64,000 nucleotides of DNA from Candidatus Hydrogenedentota bacterium (GTDB taxonomy: Bacteria; Hydrogenedentota; Hydrogenedentia; Hydrogenedentales; SLHB01), in the NCBI GenBank assembly GCA_036769985.1, contig DAIPKA010000033.1, positions 8,900-72,899 on the forward strand, given 5' to 3'. Positions 1 through 10,462 of the stretch are shown one piece after another (position 1 is the stretch's first letter; each line of letters starts with the position of its first letter). The notes under the pieces were generated by a model, which was not told the origin of the DNA, ran no database searches, and was given only the letters and a program-made list of their open reading frames with translations. A program made the position numbers and the translations under genes.

Positions 1-1242
1 GTCGACTTCGGATCGCGTGATGTGCGCGTCCTGATTGCTCGGAAAGAGGGCGAGACGATTGCCGTGACCGGCCACGGCACGGCGCCGGCCCGAGGATGCG
101 TTTCCCGGGGCGTCGTGCAGGATCTGAGCGCGGCCGAATCGGCCCTGGGCAAGGCGCTGGCCGAGGCGGAAGATCGCGCCCATGCCCACATGAGTACGCT
201 TTTCTGCGGGATCAATGGCACGAAGGTCGACAGCTCGATCCGCGAAGGAAAACACACCCTTACCCACGAGCGGGTTGACCGCGAGGATATGAAGCAGGCC
301 CATGAGAACGCCGCCACGGAGGCCGCCGAGGCCGGCAAAAGGATCGTTTCGTCCATCAGTGCTCAGGAGTGGTTTGTAGACGGCCTTCGTGTAGCCAACC
401 CTTTGAATATCCGAGGTCAGGTGCTGAAGACGCGCGTCCACTTGGCCCAACTTCCGAGCGTCATCGTCGACAACCTGGCCGCGTGTGTCCTGTCCCAACA
501 TCGTCGGATCGAGGACATGATATTCCTGCCGGTAGCCAATGCCCTGGGCTGCCTCACGCCCGAGGACATGGAATTGGGCGTGGCTGTGCTCGACCTTGGG
601 CACAACACGACCGGCATGGCGCTGTATCGCGGCCGGAGCATCCTGGATACCTTTGTGATCCCTGTGGGGGGCAACGATATTGTGAATGATGTGGCCGGCG
701 GCCTGAGCACCTCGTTTCTGGAGGCGGAGGAACTGGTTCTCGAGTACGGTGTGCCGGACGCCCTTATCCGGACGGATGGCGAGGCCGGTCCCGAGGGGGC
801 TCCAGGACGCGACGTGAATCCCTTGATCAAGCTGCATCATGCCGTTCGAAGCGCCCGCGACAGCGTCGAGCGGGGCGCTTTAGACCGGATCATCTATCTG
901 CGCGCCAAAGAAATCCTGACCAAGATGCGCCAGCATTTGCACAAGAAGGACCTCATGAACAACCTGGTCCGGGGAATTGTGCTGACCGGGGGGGGCAGCA
1001 TGCTGAAGAACCAGGTCGCTCTGGCCGAGTCCGTGTTCGAGGTGCCATGCCAGGTCGGTTTGCCCGAGAACATCAGCGTTCCTAAGGAAATACACACGCC
1101 GGAGTTCGTGTCGGCGGTCGGCATCGCCCACCACGCCTTCGAGTTCCGCAAGGCTGTCCGCGAGAAGCGGATCGACAGCGCCAACACAAGTCCATCCGGA
1201 ATCCGGATGGTGCTGGACGCCATCCGGCAGCTCTTCTTCTAG
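1..1242 (+). CDS. ftsA: Cell division protein FtsA (5' end outside window)
   Basis: The frame is open from base 1 (VDFGSRDVRVLIARKEG = actin-fold phosphate-1 region). It is colinear with E. coli FtsA as I recall it, e.g. LGVAVLDLGHNTTGMALY and GIVLTGGGSMLKNQVALAESVFEVPCQVGLP. The C-terminal amphipathic helix GIRMVLDAIRQLFF resembles the FtsA membrane-targeting sequence. Confidence 0.8.
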   Translation, partial: VDFGSRDVRVLIARKEGETIAVTGHGTAPARGCVSRGVVQDLSAAESALGKALAEAEDRAHAHMSTLFCGINGTKVDSSIREGKHTLTHERVDREDMKQAHENAATEAAEAGKRIVSSISAQEWFVDGLRVANPLNIRGQVLKTRVHLAQLPSVIVDNLAACVLSQHRRIEDMIFLPVANALGCLTPEDMELGVAVLDLGHNTTGMALYRGRSILDTFVIPVGGNDIVNDVAGGLSTSFLEAEELVLEYGVPDALIRTDGEAGPEGAPGRDVNPLIKLHHAVRSARDSVERGALDRIIYLRAKEILTKMRQHLHKKDLMNNLVRGIVLTGGGSMLKNQVALAESVFEVPCQVGLPENISVPKEIHTPEFVSAVGIAHHAFEFRKAVREKRIDSANTSPSGIRMVLDAIRQLFF

Positions 1243-1401
1243 GTAGCCTTACGGCAACCCAACTCATTCGTGCGCGGCCCTGTATCTTCTCCCGGTCGGT
1301 CCCGTTCGGGAAGGGGTCTAAAGCTCATTCGACAAGATGCCGATACATGAAGCGGAACGGCGAATGGGACGCCGGACGGATGACAGACGAGGAGAAGTCC
1401 A

Positions 1402-1707
1402 ATGGTTGGCATTCAGGGCATTAACGAAATCTACAAGCCGGCCAATCTTGGATCCGAAGTGGCCGATGGGGAGGTCCGCTCGGATCTCTGCCTGACGGCA
1501 GGCGACGATCTTGCGATCAGCAACGAGGCGCAGAAGGCCTCCAAGCTCTCCGAGCTCTTCAAGCTTTCTGAAGAGCAGGCAAAGCGGCGTGAGGAGGAGA
1601 TTGCGCGCGCGCAGGAGAACCTCAATCGAGGTACGTACCGAGTCCAGCGCGTGGTGCTCCAAGTGGCGGCGAGACTGAGCGCCTATGTGGCAGTCTCGAT
1701 GGAGTAG
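1402..1707 (+). CDS. Small FlgM-like protein (putative anti-sigma-28 factor)
   Basis: 101 aa. An AGGAGAAG Shine-Dalgarno sequence lies about 6 nt upstream of the ATG. DDLAISNEAQKASKL and the C-terminal IARAQENLNRGTYRVQRVVLQVAARL resemble the FlgM family pattern. A strong terminator follows. The family call is motif memory, not a search. Confidence 0.4.
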   Translation: MVGIQGINEIYKPANLGSEVADGEVRSDLCLTAGDDLAISNEAQKASKLSELFKLSEEQAKRREEEIARAQENLNRGTYRVQRVVLQVAARLSAYVAVSME

Positions 1708-1737
1708 AAGCTAGATTCGCGCGGCGACTCAATGGGC

Positions 1738-1772
1738 GTGTCCACGCAGTGGGTGGACACGTTTGTTTTTTG
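1738..1772 (+). terminator. Rho-independent terminator after the FlgM-like ORF
   Basis: Perfect 8-bp stem GTGTCCAC (1738-1745) / GTGGACAC (1753-1760) with a 7-nt loop, followed by GTTTGTTTTTTGGG. Confidence 0.6.
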
Positions 1773-1800
1773 GGTCTTTTGCGCGTTGATGGGACAAAGA

Positions 1801-1833
1801 GAACCGCCCTCGCGCGGAGCGCGAGGGCGGTTC
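1801..1833 (-). terminator. Hairpin terminator downstream of the outer-membrane protein gene
   Basis: 14-bp GC-rich stem GAACCGCCCTCGCG (1801-1814) / CGCGAGGGCGGTTC (1820-1833) with a 5-nt loop, 24 nt past the minus-strand stop at 1858. On the minus strand it is followed by TCTTTGT. Confidence 0.5.
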
Positions 1834-1857
1834 GATTTCGACTCTAGCTCGTAGACC

Positions 1858-3228
1858 TTAGAAGCAGATCTTGGTCTGCAAGAAGAGGTAGTCGGCGTCG
1901 TCGTCGTCCGTGCCGACAGCGGTCGCGAAACCGTTGTTCACGACGTAGTTGCCGATGAAGCGGTGGAAGTTGTCTTTGCTGACGCCTTCACCCGTGAAGA
2001 AGTGAGACCAACCGGCCTCGAAGGTCAGGTCCTCGCTGTAGTTGTAGGTCCCATACAGGCCGAGTTCCCAGCCGAGTTCGTCGTCGAGGTCTTCGGTTTC
2101 CCACGGCCAGAAATGCACGCGGGTCTCGAGGGCCTCTTCCGGCAGCATGTACGCGCCGCAGAGCATCAACTCGACGTTTTCGGTCGGCATCGCGCTGGCA
2201 CCCGCGCGGAACACCCACGCATTGCTCAGCTCGGTGGCATCCAAGAACTCGCTGTACTCCCAGTTCGAGAACAGGCGGTTGAAGGCCAACGCATCATCTT
2301 CCGCGCCTTCCAGATAGGCAGCGCCCACGAAGAGGCGGGGCGTCATCTGCATGTCGAAAGTGTATCCGACTTCAGCGTTGCCGCCGAAGGCGTCCACATC
2401 GGTGCCGTCCCAACGCTCGAAAACGTTGGCGGTCGTGAGCGGGCCAAGGCGATCCGCATTGCCGAACTGATAGGCGACTTCCGCCTCGAAATCGAAGGCG
2501 GCAACGTTACCGGCGGCGCGCAGGCCGATCGTGTGCAGGGTCGTGACGTCCCAGTCCTTGAGGGGGCAGAGCGGGACCAGACCACGCGCATCGCGCACGA
2601 ACAGCCAGTAGGCATCAAAGGTCATGTCCTCGACACCGAGGTAGCTTCCGTACACGCCGTACAGATCGACGTCGCCATCCTGCTCCAGCGGGCTCAACTC
2701 GGCCAGCTTGGCGGTGAAGGCATCGATGCTGACCATGTCGGTCGCGTAGGTCAAACGAACACCGTCGAAGGACAGGCCCGTGTACAGCGAGGACGTGTCA
2801 TTCACGCCCACGAGCCACTGGCTGCCCAGCGCAAGCTCTTGACGGCCGACGCGCAGGCTCAGGGGCTGGCCCCACATCTCGTCCGCCTGAACGTAGGACT
2901 GGTAGACTTCAACATCATCCGCCGTCGCCGCAGCGCGGTCAACGCCCGTGATGTAGTTCGAACGGAAATCCTGGCCCCACGTATCGTAGCTGTCCAGCTC
3001 GATGAACGCGCAGACCGAATCCGTGAAGTCCGCCTTCACATTGAGGCGCGTGCGCTGCTCGACGAACTTGATGTCGTTGCCGACGCTGTCGTCCCACGCA
3101 TTCACCTCATTGAAATACCAGTTGCCACGAATCCGCAGCGAACCGCCGACTTCGACGTTCTGCAGTTCGGCAACTGCCAACGGGGCGACCATCGCCACCG
3201 CGACAAGCACAAACATAATCTTACGCAT
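1858..3228 (-). CDS. Outer-membrane beta-barrel porin-like protein (alginate-export-like)
   Basis: Signal peptide MRKIMFVLVAVAMVAPLAVA. GGSLRIRGNWYF start, alternating aromatic/Gly-rich beta-strand pattern, and the C-terminal Phe (..LQTKICF) typical of OM barrels. An AAGGGAGA SD lies 9 nt upstream of the ATG. Confidence 0.65.
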   Translation of the reverse strand: MRKIMFVLVAVAMVAPLAVAELQNVEVGGSLRIRGNWYFNEVNAWDDSVGNDIKFVEQRTRLNVKADFTDSVCAFIELDSYDTWGQDFRSNYITGVDRAAATADDVEVYQSYVQADEMWGQPLSLRVGRQELALGSQWLVGVNDTSSLYTGLSFDGVRLTYATDMVSIDAFTAKLAELSPLEQDGDVDLYGVYGSYLGVEDMTFDAYWLFVRDARGLVPLCPLKDWDVTTLHTIGLRAAGNVAAFDFEAEVAYQFGNADRLGPLTTANVFERWDGTDVDAFGGNAEVGYTFDMQMTPRLFVGAAYLEGAEDDALAFNRLFSNWEYSEFLDATELSNAWVFRAGASAMPTENVELMLCGAYMLPEEALETRVHFWPWETEDLDDELGWELGLYGTYNYSEDLTFEAGWSHFFTGEGVSKDNFHRFIGNYVVNNGFATAVGTDDDDADYLFLQTKICF

Positions 3229-4059
3229 GGAGCGTATTCTCCCTTATTTCTTCCCGGTGGTCCCGGGTAGTATTCGTGTCGTTTACCTGTGAAACAGAAA
3301 CAGCTCTGTTCACTCTTCTTCCGTAACACTTCGCTGGGCCCAATCGCTCGGCCCTTTCTCTATAAGCCTCATCAAGGTCTAGCGGTTCTCGAGGGTGTCG
3401 CTCTTGCGGCTTCTTGCATCCCTCCTTTCGGCCCTCAAAATTACAGAACCACTAACGATGGTACTGTCTACGCTGGATTCCCGGTGCGCAACGCACCCCA
3501 GAATACACAACTCCTCCTTGAAGAACGATGTCAGTATAACAAAGGCCCGGTGGGAAGTCAAGACGTTTTGGGGGACTTTGTCAAGTGAATTCTTCCCGGC
3601 TCAAACGAATCGTTGCGGGCATCCGCCATCGGCCCGGTTCGCTGCCGACCCCGCCCTTCTGGCCCCATATATTGGGCATCACATCCGGAGACTCCCTGTA
3701 TTCGGTATGGACGCCCGCCTGCGAAAGGCGTCTCGGTCTGTTCGCATCCCCGGCCCAAGAGGATGAGCACGAGGGCTCGGCGGGAGCGGTCCAATCATAG
3801 TGATTTTTATGATAATATCACGTAATATTCTGCCGCAGAACTGCCGTAACCCTTTCCATTCTTGAAGCGGATGATGGTCTTCCTGCATGATTACCCCATT
3901 AAGAGAAGCCCATGCGGAAAGGGTTGTCGCGTTGAGTCGGGAACTCTGGGCAAGACAGCATTCGGCCAAAGGGGTGTTTTGGCCGGAAGGGGACGCGAAT
4001 CTTTGGGCGCGGCCCTCGACATTCTGGACCGGTGTTTCGCGACTTTGGAGAAGGAACAG

Positions 4060-5085
4060 ATGCTGTTGTTGGGGATTGGCTGCTCGATTACCGGTCCTCC
4101 TGAGAGCGCGTGGGCCGTTACCGATACCGGTCCGGGACTTGGCGCTCAACTGTTCCGGCTCAGCGTGTTCGTCGTCCTCGTGGTCCTCGTATACTACTTG
4201 GCCATCCGTTGGTTGTGGGTTCGGCGGCGCCGCGCATCGTCTCCCGGAAGCCGCGTTGCGCGCTGGTTTCGCAGTGGCCGGGCGGGGGCGGCGATTCTTG
4301 GCGTGGCCGGCCTTGGCTTGCTGTGCATTATCTACGGTTGTACCTTGGCGCCGGATCGATTGACCGTTCGGCGATACACCGTAGCCACGGCGAAACTCGA
4401 ACCGGGCGAGCACGTCCGGATCGTCCATCTTTCCGACCTACATGTTCGGGCGAAGGGTCACCGCGAGCGGACGTTGCCCGGTATTGTTCGGGATCTCAAA
4501 CCCGACTTGATCCTCCACACCGGCGATCTGTTTGGCTTGGGGCACAAAGAGGCCCTCGTCACCGCGCTCTTGCGCTCTTTCGACGCGCCGCAGTTTGTGT
4601 CGGAGGGTAACCTCGATGTCCTAGGTGACTATGGGGGCGTTATACGGGAGACGGGACTCCATGCCTTGAGCGGCGATACGGCCGCCGTGGAGATCCGGGG
4701 CGTCGGACTGAGCATCAGCGGGTTCGCTTCCGGCATGGAGGACACCATGCGGCCGGTTCTCGATAGGCTTTCGGATGAGACGTTCAACATCGTGCTGTAC
4801 CATCACCCGGAAGGGTTTCCGCAGACCTGGGATACGCCGGCCGACCTGATGCTGGCGGGCCATACGCACGGCGGCCAGGTGTGCTTGCCGTTCTACGGCG
4901 CGATCATCACGCTGGACCGCTATGGGAAGCGTTGGGAATCAGGTCAGTTCTACGAGCATGACACGCACCTCATCGTTTCGCGCGGCGTGGGCTGTGAACC
5001 GGTGACGCCTGAGTTACGGTTCTGGTGTCCCCCGGAGGTCGTGGTCGTCGATCTTGTCGGCGCGGAGCCTGCGGCTCCGGGATAG
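4060..5085 (+). CDS. Membrane-anchored metallophosphoesterase (YaeI-like)
   Basis: The ORF is open from 3862, but a GGAGAAGGA SD precedes ATG 4060. Hydrophobic helices (LFRLSVFVVLVVLVYYLAI, AAILGVAGLGLLCIIYG) are followed by calcineurin-like motifs VHLSDLHV, HTGDLFG and LAGHTHGGQV. Confidence 0.7.
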   Translation: MLLLGIGCSITGPPESAWAVTDTGPGLGAQLFRLSVFVVLVVLVYYLAIRWLWVRRRRASSPGSRVARWFRSGRAGAAILGVAGLGLLCIIYGCTLAPDRLTVRRYTVATAKLEPGEHVRIVHLSDLHVRAKGHRERTLPGIVRDLKPDLILHTGDLFGLGHKEALVTALLRSFDAPQFVSEGNLDVLGDYGGVIRETGLHALSGDTAAVEIRGVGLSISGFASGMEDTMRPVLDRLSDETFNIVLYHHPEGFPQTWDTPADLMLAGHTHGGQVCLPFYGAIITLDRYGKRWESGQFYEHDTHLIVSRGVGCEPVTPELRFWCPPEVVVVDLVGAEPAAPG

Positions 5086-5169
5086 GCCACTTCGATCGGC
5101 CGGAGGTCGTCCTGGGCGGGGGCGGCATGGATCACGGGCTCTCAAGCGAGTGGACATTTGCGCTTTCCG

Positions 5170-5198
5170 TTGTACGAGGCCTGTTCATGTGCTATGAT
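5170..5198 (+). promoter_or_regulatory. Putative sigma-70 promoter upstream of ftsH
   Basis: TTGTAC (5170-5175), a 17-nt spacer, then extended -10 TGcTATGAT (5190-5198). It lies about 150 nt upstream of the ftsH ATG. Sequence match only. Confidence 0.35.
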
Positions 5199-5350
5199 CT
5201 AGACTGAGAAGGGTATAGGAGCAGAAAGGCTGATGACGCGCTCGGCGTCCGTCCCCGTCGAGTCAAGGCAGTGCAGCGGAATGCGCGTTCGGGCGCCGCT
5301 GTTCCGGCGTGGTGGGACATGTCGAGGAGAGAGTTGGCGCAGCGAATACC

Positions 5351-7324
<1,974 letters not shown>

Positions 7325-7328
7325 GTTC

Positions 7329-8162
7329 ATGGCGGCCCCCGCGCTAGTCCGAGCGGCCGATCGGACGCTGATCATGGGCGTGATCAATCCCACTCCGGAC
7401 TCGTTTTATGATGGCGGTCGGATCCAAACCGTCGAGGAGGCATTCCAGTATGCCCGCGAGGCCGTGGCCCATGGGGCCGATATCCTGGATATCGGGGGCG
7501 AGTCTTCGCGACCGGGGGCCGATCCGGTCTCGGCGGACGAGGAACAGCGGCGGGTCCTTCCGGTGATCGAGCACGTGGCGGCGTTGGGCGTTCCGGTATC
7601 GGTGGACACGTATCGCGCCGATACGGCGCGCGAGGCCTTGCGTTGCGGGGCGACCGTTGTCAACGACATTACGGCGTTGCGCGGCGACCCGGAAATGGCC
7701 GCCGTTCTGGCGGAATCGGAATGCGCCTGTGTCCTTATGCATATGCGCGGAACGCCGAAGACCATGCAGCAAGCGCCGCACTACGCCGACGTGGTCGATG
7801 ACATCGCCGCCTTCTTTGATGAACGCCTGAGCTTCGCCGTGCGTGCCGGTATCGCCGAAGAGCGCGTGTGGCTGGATCCGGGCTTCGGTTTCGGCAAGCG
7901 TGTGGAGCACAATCTGGAAATCTTACGGCGACTGGACGTCTTCCAGCGGTTCGGACGTCCCGTGCTCGTCGGCACATCGAACAAGTCGACCATCGGGGCG
8001 GTGCTGGATCTGCCGGTGGATGAGCGTTTGGAAGGGACGGCGGCCACCGTCGCCGTAGCTATCATGCGAGGCGCCGATGCCGTGCGCGTGCACCAGGTGA
8101 AAGCGATGGCGCGAGTCGCACGAATGACCGACGCCATCATGGGGAAGCGCAGCTATGCCTAG
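7329..8162 (+). CDS. folP: Dihydropteroate synthase
   Basis: Pterin-binding domain motifs IMGVINPTPDSFYDGG, DIGGESSRPG and VSVDTYRA. Sits in the conserved ftsH-folP-glmM order. Confidence 0.9.
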   Translation: MAAPALVRAADRTLIMGVINPTPDSFYDGGRIQTVEEAFQYAREAVAHGADILDIGGESSRPGADPVSADEEQRRVLPVIEHVAALGVPVSVDTYRADTAREALRCGATVVNDITALRGDPEMAAVLAESECACVLMHMRGTPKTMQQAPHYADVVDDIAAFFDERLSFAVRAGIAEERVWLDPGFGFGKRVEHNLEILRRLDVFQRFGRPVLVGTSNKSTIGAVLDLPVDERLEGTAATVAVAIMRGADAVRVHQVKAMARVARMTDAIMGKRSYA

Positions 8163-9504
8163 ACAGCAACGACTCTTTGGAACGGATGGAATCCGCGGTC
8201 AGGCGAACACCTATCCGATGACGACGGAAATGGCGTTGCGCGTAGGCCGCGCCGCGGGCTATGTGTTTCGCAAGGAAGACCGACCTCACTCGATTCTCAT
8301 CGGAAAAGATACCCGGCAATCGGGCTACTTGATTGAGTATGCCCTAACGGCAGGCATCTGCTCGGTGGGCGTGAACGTGTTGCTCGTCGGCCCGCTTCCG
8401 ACGCCGGGCGTCTCCTACATCATGCGCAGTCTGCGGGCCGACGCCGCGATCATGATCTCGGCGTCTCACAACATGTTTGAGGATAACGGCATCAAGCTGT
8501 TCGCCCGCGACGGATTCAAGATTCCCGATGAAGTGGAGGACGAAATCGAGCGCCTCATCAACTCGAGCGAGATCGACGGCGTTCGTCCGACCGGCGAACA
8601 CGTCGGGATCGCCCGCCGCATCGATGACGCGGTCGGTCGCTACATCGAGTTTGCGAAGGCCTCGTTCCCCAAGGGCATGCGGCTGGATGGACTGCGGATC
8701 GTCTGCGATTGCGCGAACGGGGCGGCGTACAAGGTGGGTCCCTTCACGCTGCGGGAACTCGGGGCCGATGTGATTCCTATCGCCGACCGCCCCGACGGGC
8801 GCAACATCAACGCGGGCTGCGGCTCCGTTCATCCCGAGGAGATGCGTGCCCGCGTGATCCGTGAGCGGGCCGACTTGGGCGTGGCGTTTGACGGCGACGG
8901 CGACCGGATCGCCATGGCGGATGAGGAGGGCCGCCTGCTGGACGGGAACGCCCTGCTGACCATTCTGGGCGTCGATATGCTGGACCGCGGAGACCTTCCC
9001 GAGAAGACGCTTGCGACTACCGTCATGGCGAACGGCGGCCTCGAACGCGCCATCGAGGCCCATGGCGGTCAAGTCCTGCGGACGTCCGTGGGCGACCGGT
9101 ACGTGGTCGAGGCCATGCGCGAGCACGGACTCCTGCTCGGCGGTGAGTCATCGGGGCATATTGTGATGCTCGAACACAACACGACCGGCGACGCGTTGAT
9201 CACGGCGCTTCACGTGCTGGCCACCATGATCCGGAACAACCAGCCGTTGTCTGTTCTAGCCCATGAGTATCAGCCCATGCCCGAGGCGCATACGTCGGTG
9301 CCGGTGCAGCACGGCAAACGCCCGTCTGAAGAACAGATCAATACGATTACGCGCGAGGCGGAGGCTCTGCTGAAGGGATCGGGGCGTGTCGTGATCCGGC
9401 CCTCCGGCACCGAGCCCATCATCCGCGTTATGGTTCAGCACGGGGCGGTCCGCGAGGCCGAACGTCTGGCCAAGAAGCTTGCGGAGCAGATCGCCGCGCT
9501 ATAG
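8155..9504 (+). CDS. glmM: Phosphoglucosamine mutase
   Basis: LFGTDGIRGQAN N-terminus, active-site SASHNMFEDNGIK, 449 aa. Overlaps the folP stop by 8 nt. Confidence 0.9.
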   Translation: MPRQQRLFGTDGIRGQANTYPMTTEMALRVGRAAGYVFRKEDRPHSILIGKDTRQSGYLIEYALTAGICSVGVNVLLVGPLPTPGVSYIMRSLRADAAIMISASHNMFEDNGIKLFARDGFKIPDEVEDEIERLINSSEIDGVRPTGEHVGIARRIDDAVGRYIEFAKASFPKGMRLDGLRIVCDCANGAAYKVGPFTLRELGADVIPIADRPDGRNINAGCGSVHPEEMRARVIRERADLGVAFDGDGDRIAMADEEGRLLDGNALLTILGVDMLDRGDLPEKTLATTVMANGGLERAIEAHGGQVLRTSVGDRYVVEAMREHGLLLGGESSGHIVMLEHNTTGDALITALHVLATMIRNNQPLSVLAHEYQPMPEAHTSVPVQHGKRPSEEQINTITREAEALLKGSGRVVIRPSGTEPIIRVMVQHGAVREAERLAKKLAEQIAAL

Positions 9505-9526
9505 GTGCGTTGCCTCGATTCGAGCG

Positions 9527-10282
9527 CTACTTCTCGGACGTGAAATCCAAGGTGTTGAGAAAATCGTTGAGTGCGCTCTGTTCCTTCTTCGAGATATCGA
9601 CGAATTGCACGCCGCACGCAAAGGCGCCCTTCTCGGGGATTGCCTTTACCCATCGCACGGCGCCGTTGGCGCGAACCATGGCCTTGTTCGGCAGGGCGAT
9701 CTCGAGTCGGAGGTGCTGCGATGTCTCGAGGGGCTGCCGGGTGGCCAACGCGGCACCCCCGTGACTCAGATCCATCAGGCGCCCTTTCACCTCAAACTCA
9801 TCCACCGCCCAATCGTTCGAGTAGCCGGCCGAGGATCCGATCACGAGCTTGATCACCACGCGGCAGTTGTGACGGATCAGATGCCGGCGCTCGCGTTTGA
9901 CCTGACTGCTGTCCGAGGTCTTCAGGCGTTCGATGAGGGCTTGTTGCTCGCGGAGGCGCTGCAACAACTCCTTGTCGGCTTGACGCCGAACCGTTTTTCG
10001 TCGTTCTATCAATGGGCCACCTCGTGTCGAGCGGTAGGCGTTTCCGCGCGCCACTCGCTGTGGGAACGAACGCTTGTCTTCCCGACGCCGCGCTTCTCTG
10101 GCGGCCGAACCGGGCTTGCCGTAGCGCACCCATTCTGCCCGAAGCGCTCGCGATATTGCAATCATCTCTCGATAGGGGCTCTCCATCGGCGCGGCCCTGT
10201 GGGTGCTGCCGACAACCCGCGAGAAGGCGTGGCCGTTCTTCGGCGCCGGATACTCGTCAAAATGGACAAATAATTGACACAA
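9527..10282 (-). CDS. PilZ domain protein
   Basis: The C-terminal approximately 110 aa carry the canonical c-di-GMP motifs RRHLIR (RxxxR) and DLSHGG (D/NxSxxG). The N-terminal half is basic and low-complexity. The start is uncertain: TTG at 10282 or ATG at 10186, neither with a clear SD. Confidence 0.7.
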   Translation of the reverse strand: MCQLFVHFDEYPAPKNGHAFSRVVGSTHRAAPMESPYREMIAISRALRAEWVRYGKPGSAAREARRREDKRSFPQRVARGNAYRSTRGGPLIERRKTVRRQADKELLQRLREQQALIERLKTSDSSQVKRERRHLIRHNCRVVIKLVIGSSAGYSNDWAVDEFEVKGRLMDLSHGGAALATRQPLETSQHLRLEIALPNKAMVRANGAVRWVKAIPEKGAFACGVQFVDISKKEQSALNDFLNTLDFTSEK

Positions 10283-10305
10283 AAGGATTTATGGAGCGTA
10301 TTCAC

Positions 10306-10335
10306 TTGACGGAGAGTTCGCCCTGGTGATAGAAT
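10306..10335 (+). promoter_or_regulatory. Putative sigma-70 promoter for the fusion-pilB-pilT operon
   Basis: TTGACG (10306-10311), an 18-nt spacer, then extended -10 TGaTAGAAT (10327-10335). It lies about 125 nt upstream of ATG 10463. Sequence match only. Confidence 0.4.
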
Positions 10336-10462
10336 CGACACTGGTGTATGCTACACTGGCATCGTCGTTTCGTCGGCGCAGGATGACAGGCGCGAGGGTC
10401 CCCGGCTCCGGGGACACGGGCGAAGGCGGCGGCCATGACGTAGGCCAGGAACGAAGAGAAGC

